The translations under genes and the position numbers were made by a program. The notes under the pieces are model-generated. The model was not told the origin of the DNA and did not search any database. It saw only the letters and a program-made list of their open reading frames with translations. From assembly GCA_040954595.2 (NCBI GenBank), contig CM082578.2, forward strand, positions 3,392,831 to 3,456,830: a stretch of DNA of 64,000 bases, given 5' to 3'. This document shows positions 40,101 to 51,771 of the stretch, piece after piece. The DNA comes from Balanoglossus misakiensis. Taxonomy: Eukaryota; Animalia; Hemichordata. Position 1 is the stretch's first letter; the number at the start of each line of letters is the position of its first letter.

Positions 40101-43100
40101 GTTTTGAAGGTCGATACTTTTGAATCGGAGGACACCACATTCGTTTTGAGCTGACACGCATTTGAATCGGACTCCCCAGCATTGGTTTTGAAGGTCGATA
40201 CTTTTGAATCGGAGGACACCGCATTCGTTTTGAGCTGACACGCATTTATATCGGACTCCCCAGCATTGGTTTTGAAGGTCGATACTTTTGAATCGGAGGA
40301 CACCACATTCGTTTTGAGCTGACACGCATTTGAATCGGACTCCCCAGCATTGGTTTTGAAGGTCGATACTTTTGAATCGGAGGACACCGCATTCGTTTTG
40401 AGCTGACACGCATTTGAATCGGACTCCCCAGCATTGGTTTTGAAGGTCGATACTTTTGAATCGGAGGACACCGCATTCGTTTTGAGCTGACACGCATTTG
40501 AATCGGACTCCCCAGCATTGGTTTTGAAGGTCGACACTTTTGAATCGGAGGACACCACATTCGTTTTGAGCTGACACGCATTTGAATCGGACTCCCCAGC
40601 ATTGGTTTTGAAGGTCGACACTTTTGAATCGGAGGACACCACATTCGTTTTGAGCTGACACGCATTTGAATCGGACTCCCCAGCATTGGTTTTGAAGGTC
40701 GATACTTTTGAATCGGAGGACACCACATTCGTTTTGAGCTGACACGCATTTGAATCGGACTCCCCAGCATTGGTTTTGAAGGTTGACACTTTTGAACCGG
40801 AGGACCACATTCGTTTTGAGCTGACACGCATTTGAATCTGACTCCCCAGCATTGGTTTTGAAGGTCGACACTTTTGAATCGGAGGACACCGCATTCGTTT
40901 TGAGCCGACACGCATTTGAATCGGACTCCCCAGCATTGGTTTTGAAGGTCGACACTTTTGAATCGGAGGACACCGCATTCGTTTTGAGCTGACACGCATT
41001 TGAATCGGACTCCCCAGCATTGGTTTTGAAGGTCGATACTTTTGAATCGGAGGACACCGCATTCGTTTTGAGCTGACACGCATTTGAATCGGACTCCCCA
41101 GCATTGGTTTTGAAGGTCGATACTTTTGAATCGGAGGACACCGCATTCGTTTTGAGCTGACACGCATTTGAATCGGACACCCCAGCATTGGTTTTGAAGG
41201 TCGATACTTTTGAATCGGAGGACCACATTCGTTTTGAGCTGACACGCATTTGAATCGGACTCCCCAGCATTGGTTTTGAAGGTCGACACTTTTGAATCGG
41301 AGGACACCGCATTCGTTTTGAGCTGACACGCATTTGAATCGGACTCCCCAGCATTGGGTTTGAAGGTCGATACTTTTGAATCAGAGGACACCACATTCGT
41401 TTTGAGCTGACACGCATTTGAATCGGACTCCCCAGCATTGGTTTTGAAGGTCGATACTTTTGAATCGGAGGACACCGCATTCGTTTTGAGCTGACACGCA
41501 TTTGAATCGGACTCCCCAGCATTGGTTTTGAAGGTCGATACTTTTGAATCGGAGGACACCACATTCGTTTTGAGCTGACACGCATTTGAATCGGACTCCC
41601 CAGCATTGGTTTTGAAGGTCGATACTTTTGAATCGGAGGACACCGCATTCGTTTTGAGCTGACACGCATTTGAATCGGACTCCCCAGCATTGGTTTTGAA
41701 GGTCGATACTTTTGAATCGGAGGACACCGCAATCGTTTTGAGCTGACACGCATTTGAATCGGACTCCCCAGCATTGGTTTTGAAGGTCGATACTTTTGAA
41801 TCGGAGGACACCACATTCGTTTTGAGCTGACACGCATTTGAATCGGACTCCCCAGCATTGGTTTTGAAGGTCGATACTTTTGAATCGGAGGACACCGCAT
41901 TCGTTTTGAGCTGACACGCATTTGAATCGGACTCCCCAGCATTGGTTTTGAAGGTCGATACTTTTGAATCGGAGGACACCACATTCGTTTTGAGCTGACA
42001 CGCATTTGAATCGGACTCCCCAGCATTGGTTTTGAAGGTCGATACTTTTGAATCGGAGGACACCACATTCGTTTTGAGCTGACACGCATTTGAATCGGAC
42101 TCCCCAGCATTGGTTTTGAAGGTCGATACTTTTGAATCGGAGGACACCACATTCGTTTTGAGCTGACACGCATTTGAATCGGACTCCCCAGCATTGGTTT
42201 TGAAGGTTGACACTTTTGAACCGGAGGACCACATTCGTTTTGAGCTGACACGCATTTGAATCTGACTCCCCAGCATTGGTTTTGAAGGTCGACACTTTTG
42301 AATCGGAGGACACCGCATTCGTTTTGAGCTGACACGCATTTGAATCGGACTCCCCAGCATTGGTTTTGAAGGTCGACACTTTTGAATCGGAGGACACCGC
42401 ATTCGTTTTGAGCTGACACGCATTTGAATCGGACTCAACCTCATTTGAGTTGGGACAAACCATTTTTGACTTGGAGTACACTGCCTTTGATTTGAGTGAC
42501 GATACTTTTGAGTTGAGACAAACCGTTTTTGAATTTGAGTCCACCGCATTCCATTTGAGGCTCAACTTGTGAATGGGACACCATCTCATTTGATTTGACT
42601 CAGGTTTTTCTTCCAATTGATTGTACCAGAATGTGGCTCTCCGTAAAACAACCCTTCTTTGTAGCGATTAGCTTTGCCCAGACAACATGAAACGTCACAA
42701 AGCGTTATGCCCTACGTCACATGACGTCATTAATATATACAGGTGTTTTCTGTTACTGAACTGGGGGGTCTGGAAGGACTGACCCGGAACCATATGTAGG
42801 TTGTGTGTTTCATATCAAAAATAGTAATATATACTAGTGCATCACATGTTTATTCGTCTTTTCCGTATTAAGGATACCCTTTAAACATATGTGGATGGAA
42901 GTTAGTGATACATGTACATGTATTTGAAATATTTAAGACACAAGAAGTTACCTTTGCATGCTTCGACCGTTGGAAATGTTACTACTCCACTCTGTAGTTC
43001 AGTGATTCGTGGGTGTTTCTTGAATCCACAAAGTGAAACTAAATTGTCCATCTTTTCTCGATCTCCAGTGAATGGAAAGACATTTTGACGAAATTCCTGT

Positions 43101-46100
43101 ACAGTGTCAACAGAAAATAGAAAAATTGACAGAGTGAAAGAATTAACAATTTTATTAGCCTATCTATATGCGCAGCATGTTCTTTAAATAAAAAAAACAG
43201 TGCCTATAATATATGAAAAGTTATATTCAAATCAATAAGAGCAACAAAGAAAATGCGCATATGATGGCCGTGGTTCACCGACAATCCCATATTATAAGCC
43301 AGGTAGTTTGCCCTTCATCCGAACATCTTTTCCCGATTGTTTGGTGGGTTTTGAGCAAAGACAACTCAAAGCCAAATTGGGATATCATTCATTTTATTCG
43401 CCATTATCTTATTGAGAGGAGACAATTTTTGTTTACCAAAAATGGCAAAGGTATCGCATAAGTACATAAAAGCAATTTTCAACACAATTGTTATTGAATT
43501 AATTGAAAAGACTAAAAAAGAGTGTTCTGACTGCCCCATTGATTTAACATGGGAACTTTGTAAAGCACGGATCAGAGATTTTTCAATAGAATTTTCTAAG
43601 TCGCGTATTAAGGAAAAACGGGAAAGACTACCTGTCTTAGAAGGAAAACTTGTTGAGCTGGACAGGAAAATTGACGCCACTTTAGACTCAAATATTTTGA
43701 ACGAGTACGAAAAAGTTAAGCGCGAGCTTGAACAACTTTACGCTGATCAAGTAAAACGGGCAAAGGTAAGAGCCAGAGCTCAGTGGTATTTTGAAAGTGA
43801 CAAGCCAACAAAATATTTCTTAAACTTGGAAAAAAAACGTAGAATCAGAAATGATATAACTGAACTAAAAATAGATGAGAATATATTACACAATCCCGAT
43901 GACATTCTAAGTGGCACGTGTTGCTTTTAACAACAGCTGTACACCTCCAATAACATTTCAGTCAATACCATAAATGAGTATTTAAATAATGTGCACCTGG
44001 AAAATAGTGTTAGTGGCCATGAGAAGAGCCAATTGGATAACGACATCTCCTTTGACGAGTGCTCAAAGGTAGTTACGAAGCTAAAAAATAACAAAGCTCC
44101 TGGTAGCGACGGGCTTCCTGCTGAATTTTACAAAGAATTTTGGCATTGTATTGGTCCCACAGTGTATGGAGCTGTCTCCAAATGTCTGCGCTATGGTAAA
44201 TTAACATACACGTTTAGACATGCGCACCTTCGTCTTATCCATAAAAAAGATGAGAGAAATGTGTTAGAAAACTGGAGACCGATTTAAGTCTTCTGAATAC
44301 CGATTACAAAATTATCGCCTTTGTTCTTTCCTCTAGGCTACAACCTGTTCTTGGCAGGATAATTAACCACGATCAAACGGCCTATTTGAAAAGGCGTTTC
44401 ATTGGGAATAATGTTAGACTCATCTACGACATTATTGATTATGCAAACTATGAAAATACGCCAGGTGCTCTCCTATTTCTTGACTTTCGCAAAGCATTTG
44501 ACACGGTTGAGTGGAACTTTATGTTCAAAACTCTTGAGAAGTTCAATTTTGGTGCTAACTTTATTAGCTATATAAAAACTTTATATTCTGATTGCCAAGC
44601 TAGTGTGTTAAACCACGGGTGGGTCTCGCAGCCATTGCTGCTTGAGAGAGGTATAAGACAAGGATGCCCAATCTCAGCTTTGCTCTTTTTACTAATTGTA
44701 GAAATATTAGCCACCAAAATAAGATAGTGGCATAAAGGGGTTTAATATAAATTATTCAAGAGACTTGTCAAAGGAAATACGTATTTCTCAGGTCGCTGAC
44801 AATACCACTATTTTTGTTACTGAGGAGCAGTCTATTCAAAAGGCTTTGGATGTCATAAAAAGTTTCAGTTCTGTTGCAGGTCCTTCCCTAAATCTCAACA
44901 AAACGAAACGGTTATGGGTAGGTTCCTGGAAAAATAAACCGGAAGTGTATGCCGGTATTAAGTGGCCAAGTCAGCCAATTAAATCTCTTGGTACTTTCTT
45001 TTCAAATGACACAGCAACTGGTATCGATGCTATCTTAAATAATAAGTGTTTGTCTATTGAAAGTTTATTAACTCAGTGGTCTCTCAGGGGACTGACTTTT
45101 TTTGGTAAAATCACTGTTATAAAATCTCTTGCTGTAGCGAAAATTGTGTATCTTCTAAACACTTGTAATGTTCCGTGTACATTCTTAAAACGCTTGGAAA
45201 AACTTGTTTTCAACTTGTTATGGAGTTCCAAAACTGACAAGATAAAGCGTGACACCATCATAGGTGACTATAATCAAGGTGGTCTGAAAATGCTTGATAT
45301 TTTTTCCCAATACAAGTCATTTCTTTCATCCTGGGTAACGCAGCTTTTGACAAATGAAGGGAATAACTGTGTACCATCATGGAAATGTATTCCGTTATTT
45401 TATTTACATAGACTGAATCTGGATAAGGTTATTTTTCATATGAATTTTGAGGACCCCATACACTGTCCTGATTTAGAAGGGTTGCCATTTTTTTACAAAC
45501 AGTGTATACTTGCATGGCATGAAGCTGGCGGTGGGTACTTTGTACCTAATGACGCCAAAGATGTTATGAAGCAAGTTATCTGGTGTAACAAGCATATACG
45601 CTTTAAAGGCAAGACTCTGTACTTTAAGCACTGGATCAAAGCGGGTATTTTATTCCTTGGCGACATTGTAGATTCAGATGGAACGTTTCGGTCTGTTTGG
45701 ATTTCGAGTAACCTACGTTATAAGCATAATCTGGTTTCAGAGTTATTTATGTTGTACAACGCAGTTCCAAGGCATTGGTGTGAACTGGTGAGACAGTCGA
45801 ATATGATATTTAATTTGACCACTACTACTTTGCCAACACCTACTGTTTTTTTAAATCACAAATGTCTGTACAAGTCCGCTTTGTGTGTTACTACTAATGA
45901 ATTTTACTGGACTTTTGTCCATAAGAAATTTAAAAGACCATGGATTCCTAACATGTGGAACAGAGTCCTTAATTTGGGACCTGAGCTGAATTGGTCTCAT
46001 CTATGGTATTATCGTATTATACAGTTAACTCCAGAAAGAAAATTGTCAAATTTTATGTATAAATTTATGTATGATATTCTTCCAAATGATGCAAATCTGT

Positions 46101-49100
46101 ATAAATGGAAATTAGCTAGAACAAAAAACTGTAACATTTGTAATGTAACAAATGATATCTTCCATATGTTTATTACGTGCGATAGAGTAACTCTGTTTTG
46201 GAAAGAATTTCATGACTTTCTGTTAAACACACAAAATTGCCATGTAGAAATCTGTATGAGAAATCTATTGTGTGGCTTTGAACAGCATGACAAATATGTC
46301 AACCTCTTATTAATCATAGCTATGTTTACAATCTACAAACATGGATTATGTACAAGGAAACAGAAAACCTCAGTAAAATAAATATCTTTGACCTTTTTAT
46401 GTTTGAACTAAAAATTAGACAGGAAAATGAATGCTACCGTCCTTAAGTTAGATATTTATTTACATTAATTGACATATATACTTCTTGCTCTGTTTAAAAT
46501 TAGTCAATCTCGACAATAAAAAAAAAACAAAAACAAAAAAAAAACAAAAAAAAAATGTTCAAATTGCAACATACAGTCACAACCTGGCATCGATAAGGTG
46601 TTCATGAATACCGATCAGTAAGTTTATTTAGATGGACCAATTTAAGTTGGGGAATAAAATCACGAAAATAATGCAAAAAAAAAAAAAAAAGCAAGCAAAT
46701 TTCAACACAATTTGACCAAAGGTGACAAGGTCACCCCCAAGAACCTGTATACTAAATTTCAAAGAAATCCGACTAGTGGTTTCCAAAAAGGTCTTTTAAA
46801 ACCAAAAAGTGGCAAACACTGCCGCGAAACTACAAACACACAAATTTCAAAAACACAATTTGAACTCCTCCAGAAACCTGCATACCAACTTTTAAGCCAA
46901 TCATCACAGAAATGTTTACCTTCAGGTACTTGCTCCACTTTGGCAGTTTTGTACATTCTCTGTACATTTTCATAAAGTCGTCTGTTTCGCTCACGGAGTA
47001 AATGTTGAAAACGGCCGTTCCACCCTGCTTGAGGCACCAGAAAATATTTTCAAGTGGTTTTTCTCTCTCATTCAACCAGTGCAGAACAAGGTTGCTAAAC
47101 ACTTTGGTAAACATGTTTTCAAACTCAGGAAACTTTTCTTGTAGTGAGAGAACATCTGCGACAAGGAACTCAGTTTTTCCCTCAACTGAATTGTTTCGAT
47201 GTGCAAACTCAATTGCCTCAGCAGATACGTCAATTCCTGATGAAAATAAAAACACATTAGTTTTTATTAGGTCCCATTGGTATGTACCATGGGACCTTAT
47301 GGGATCGGTTGCGTCTGTATGTATGTATGTATGTATGTATGGATGTATGTCTGTCCACATCAAAAACTTGAAAACCGCAGCACGTATGACCTCGACATTT
47401 TGTGTGTAGATGCAGGCAGGGCTGTAGATGGGAGTTTGTTCAAATGAAGTTGTCATTGCCAAAAATATGCAAATTAGCTGGGAAAATGTAAAATTGGTCA
47501 AAACTCAAAAACTCCACAACCACTGGTCATATTGATTTGAAAATTGGGATGCATGTACCTTATGTCAACCTCATACAGTCCTGTATGTTTTGAGCTAATT
47601 ATCGATTTTCTATTTTTATGCATTTTTTGTATTTTTCCATGTTATTGGTAAAAAGTCTTCATTTCTAAAAGTGATGGGCTCACTTCTTTGAAATTTAGTA
47701 TGAAGCTCCCTAATGGTTGTCTGAGTAACCATAGTTTTGGTCAAATTGTTGCAAAATTTGCATATTTATAATTTTGAGCAATATTTGCCATTTTTGGTCA
47801 AAAAATTTTTTCTTTAAAACCGCATGCCAGATTGCTTTGCAATTTGGTAGGCATGTTCGTAGGGGTAACCTAAGTAATATGTTGTAAAAAAATATGATAT
47901 TTGCATAAATGTGTTGTCGGGGAAACTTTTGCAATTTTTGTCAAAAATTGTTTTCTCTGAAACCGCTTGTCATATTGCATTGAACTTTAGCAGGCATGTT
48001 CCTTGTAGTGATTGATGTAAGATATTGTACAATTTTGGTGATATATGCATATTTGTGTTTTTGCCACTTTTGAACAAATATTTTCTGTAAAACTGCTTGT
48101 TGGATTGCTTTGAAATTTGTTTTTTCTCCGATTGCTTTGAAATTTAGGATGTAATTTCATAACACATACATGTATATGTGCAACTTTTATTCAATTCTGA
48201 TATCAGAAATATTCAATATTTAGCGAGTTTTTTTGTAAGTTTCTTTGTTTTTGGTTAGCAAATCTTCTCCTAAACCAATTGTCCAGTTGTTTTTAAAGTT
48301 ACTATTTACAAGGAGTTGTTACCCCGAACTAAAACATGTTTACATAACTCTAATAGGCCAGCTGTTACAGAGACCACCAGCTATTAAATTTTTAATTACC
48401 AGTGGCAGGTCAGTGAGCGTCTCTGTGTGTCTGTCTGTCTGTTCCAGGGCTGACTGAAAGAAGTTGCTTCTCATACATGTATGTGTTTGTACAGACAATT
48501 TTTGGTCAATTTTTTTTTCTAGCATCACTTGTAAGACACATGACAGTTTATTGGGCATGTTCCTTGTTATTTTTTTTTACATTCAATATTTCTATATGGT
48601 AAGATCATATCTGCTTGCAATGTCACCTGTAATTTTTATTCTGGTGTGTCACTGTTTACGCATAATCCTCAAATGGGACCACAGTGTCCTTGACGCTATT
48701 TTTAAAAAACGTTACCGAACAAAAAATGTACAAATTATACTTCTGTTAGAATTTGTCCAGTTGCCACGCACGGCTAATCAACGCCGAGTCGTTGACCACT
48801 CCACCATTGTTGTGTTTACTATACTTGTAGAGTGCTAAGTAAAATATTAGCATGCGTTTATTGTGTATTTTTGTAGTATCTGTGTTTGTAATTTCGTTTG
48901 TTTCTATGTTATGTGTTTGCATATTTATGAAATAAAAAAAAAAAAAAAAAAAAATATTGAGCAAAGTACAGGCCCACAAAATATGCGCATACCAGGTATT
49001 TTATCAGTACAGTTTACTTGACAAACTGAATAAGTCTCTCACCAGTTGAATTGTGTTTATCATCGTACTCATAACAATCGTGTAAACATCGATCTCACGT

Positions 49101-49344
49101 ATAGGACTGAGTCGATTTTGTTGGGTCCTACAAACATTCAGGTCACACCGACCTTACCTATGACTGTTTTGACATTGCCACGTTCTGCAATCATCCGGGT
49201 CAGTTCTCCAGTTCCACATCCGAGATCCAAGACCACTTCCTCGCTCTCCCAGTCATCATTCCACAGAGACAACAAGTCCTGACCGTATCGATATTGTTCT
49301 GCACTATTACGCGAATAATCTTCGGCACTGGCACCAAGATTCAT
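28175..49344 (-). CDS. JHAMT-like SAM-dependent methyltransferase, copy C (272 aa; intron 3 is 14.6 kb)
   Basis: Exons 49344-49158, 47236-46920, 43096-42952 and 28344-28175; open frame, intact splice sites. Confidence 0.88.
28410..42645. repeat. 84-bp satellite array (~166 units, ~14 kb) with higher-order structure, intron 3 of copy C
   Basis: Same unit and same unique flanks as 19266-20983. Recurrent 82-bp and 70-bp variant units and diagnostic SNP blocks. Confidence 0.97.
43490..46690 (+). mobile_element. 5'-truncated L1/Tx1-clade LINE, duplicate of 21827-25027, intron 2 of copy C
   Basis: Same junctions, same shared frameshift after WRPI and stop after ATKIR. Private lesions are TAA at 43928 and ADD changed to ADN. 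Poly(A) tracts at 46518-46555 and 46675-46690. Confidence 0.95.
47266..48698 (+). mobile_element. HINE-like element, intron 1 of copy C
   Basis: Near-identical to 25599-27027. Confidence 0.65.
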
Positions 49345-51771
49345 TTTTTTTGCACCGAAGAGCTGTGATGTGCACCAGTCAGAAGTATTCACTGCGCTGT
49401 TCTATTCTGTTTGTGCAGTGATCTTGAATGACCTCTGCTTCAATCAAATGATCAGACTTGCCACGTAGAGGTGGCCACTAATACAGGTTTGACTGAATAC
49501 TGTAAATATTGTTTACTACAGCTATCATCAAACACCTGTGGCGAGCGCATAAAAAATATTGCTACCTTGTTTTGGAATTGAAGTAAATTATGCATGATTT
49601 TAATGAGTGTTTTTGTATTGTGTTTGTTACAGGGATAGTAATCAGGTGGATGATATTTTGGAGAAGCAAAAGCTGATATGATTATAGATACCTGCAAGAA
49701 CACAACGCCCACTTTGGAAGAAGAATTATTAAGATAACAGCTTCATAGAATAGAATATAGACAGAGACCCGTATAAACCTTTCACCCCATTTCTAGTATA
49801 TGGGTTAAACCATATCATTGACAACAATGGGCTGAACCATACTGTAGGGGTGGAAAGGTCAGAATGTAGACTCGGCTGTCATCAATGTCTGGAAAATGAA
49901 CCACATATGGCTGATCTCAAACGTTTGTCAAGTCACTTAGTATGTTAGCATGTTTTGGTGTTGTTCCCAATGTGGTTTCATCTGGAAGGCCTGTACAGTG
50001 TCTGCAAATGCTTGTCAAGTCACAGGTTTCAACCATAAACTCTAACCAATGTTGTTTCTACTACCATGCAGTGTGTCCAGTTACAGTGACAATTACTGTT
50101 GCAATCCATTTTGACTTGATATCATAACTCTATCAGTGTCTGTGCTCATCAAATGTCTAGAATGTTTTCATGCTATCTATGTACATTTTCCCATTGAACA
50201 CTCACTGTATTACAATATTCTTGGAAGCTTTTTAAAAGTTATGTGGTATTGTATAAAACTTTTCAACAGACAAATTTGATAGTTGGATATTTTTTGCTCC
50301 ATGATACAAGTAGCACAGTCTGGCTGATGCATGGTGGGTAGTTATGACAGATTTTTATACCTGTACTCTAACGCATATTTGGATAGCATTATTTCCTCCA
50401 AGCCTACCGGAAAATCTTTCCGAACATTGTCTCCATAGGAAAGTCCCTTTGTGTTTTGATGCCACAAAACAAATCTTCATAGCAGAGATGTTCTCAGCTC
50501 AGAATAATCATTACAGTTGCTAGAATTGAAACTAAATTGATGTTTTTTTTTTAATTACTGGAATAAAAATATTCTGATCATATATTAAGAGACAGCCTTT
50601 ATTGTTAGTATTAAACGCACCCAGACGTAAACAGACTTTTATGTCTTGCTATTATGTGTAATGAATAGCTAACTGGCAACTGAACTTGTGTCAATGGAAA
50701 TGACATTGCAACAGAAGTGAAACACCCTTGTCCCTTGAGGGTCAGTAGACACAGTAGTTGTTATTGTTCATTTTTAAATTTCAGAGTTCATCTTTCTTTA
50801 TATCAAGATTTTTTCCAGATGTGTCATGGTTTTCATGTCAACAATAAAACACCAAAAGAACTCAGGTGTGTCTTTAGAATGTCTCCAGTCTGTAAAACTT
50901 GTTAGCGAAGATTTGGTGAAAACAGTTTTCTTGTGAAATAACTTCTTACAATCACCAATTTACACTGAAATGGCAAAATAGCCATAATCATGTTTTCTTT
51001 TTTTTTCAAGAAACAGCAACGTTACAATAAAACAATCTTTGAAAGTGAAATATATTCAATTGATTATATATATTCTGAGAATAGAAGTTACAATTTACAT
51101 TCCATGCCAAAACAAACCCCATGTTTAGTGGTTTAATGTGTCTGTAATGAAGATGAAAGCATTGAATCTGAGACTTCTGATTGGATGAAAGCACACACCC
51201 ATGTGACTAAATCTCCACTTAGACGAGACTAGGTTCACTAGTTTTCATAATTGCACACTTGACAGAATTTTGAAGTTCAAAGTAGTTATTATCAGGACTC
51301 CGGATCATGCACATTTTTTGAAACTGTGTGCTTTGTCCAAAACTTGTGGCCAACAAAAAAATTAGGGATAAAACATGATGACAACAAATTTGTATTCATC
51401 CCAGTATGATGTATCTACATGTATATCACAGAGATCAGTCAACCCTCTACAGTTGAATGCACTGCTGATGATAGCCTCCATGTTAGTTGGATCAACCACA
51501 GTCTTTTAATGTCCTGGCATTTTGGTCAGATCTTGGAAATATGATGCGTCACTATCAGACATAACCAGAACACTTAATATGCAAAACAACAGATATTTCT
51601 GGTTTTAGGTGTTGAGAATATTCTTTTAACTTTAGCAGTCCAAAATGATTGCACATTCTATGTAGAAAGCATTACAAATTCTGCAGGCTTTGTTGTTGGT
51701 ATCACAGAACTGTCAGCATCACCGGCCATGATAACATCATGCGTTACAAGTCAGAAGTCCACTAGTTCAAT

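Noticed and set aside
19345-42437. CRISPR-like repeat-spacer array
   Set aside because: The units are contiguous with no unique spacers, there are no cas genes, and the context is eukaryotic.
28402-42616. Dozens of long ORFs (up to 1044 aa) as protein-coding genes
   Set aside because: They are translations of the 84-bp satellite in all three frames, switch frame at the 82-bp and 70-bp units, and lie within an intron.
49500-51770. Additional gene between methyltransferase copy C and TRAPPC4
   Set aside because: Only short low-information ORFs are present; most consistent with TRAPPC4 3' UTR and intergenic DNA.
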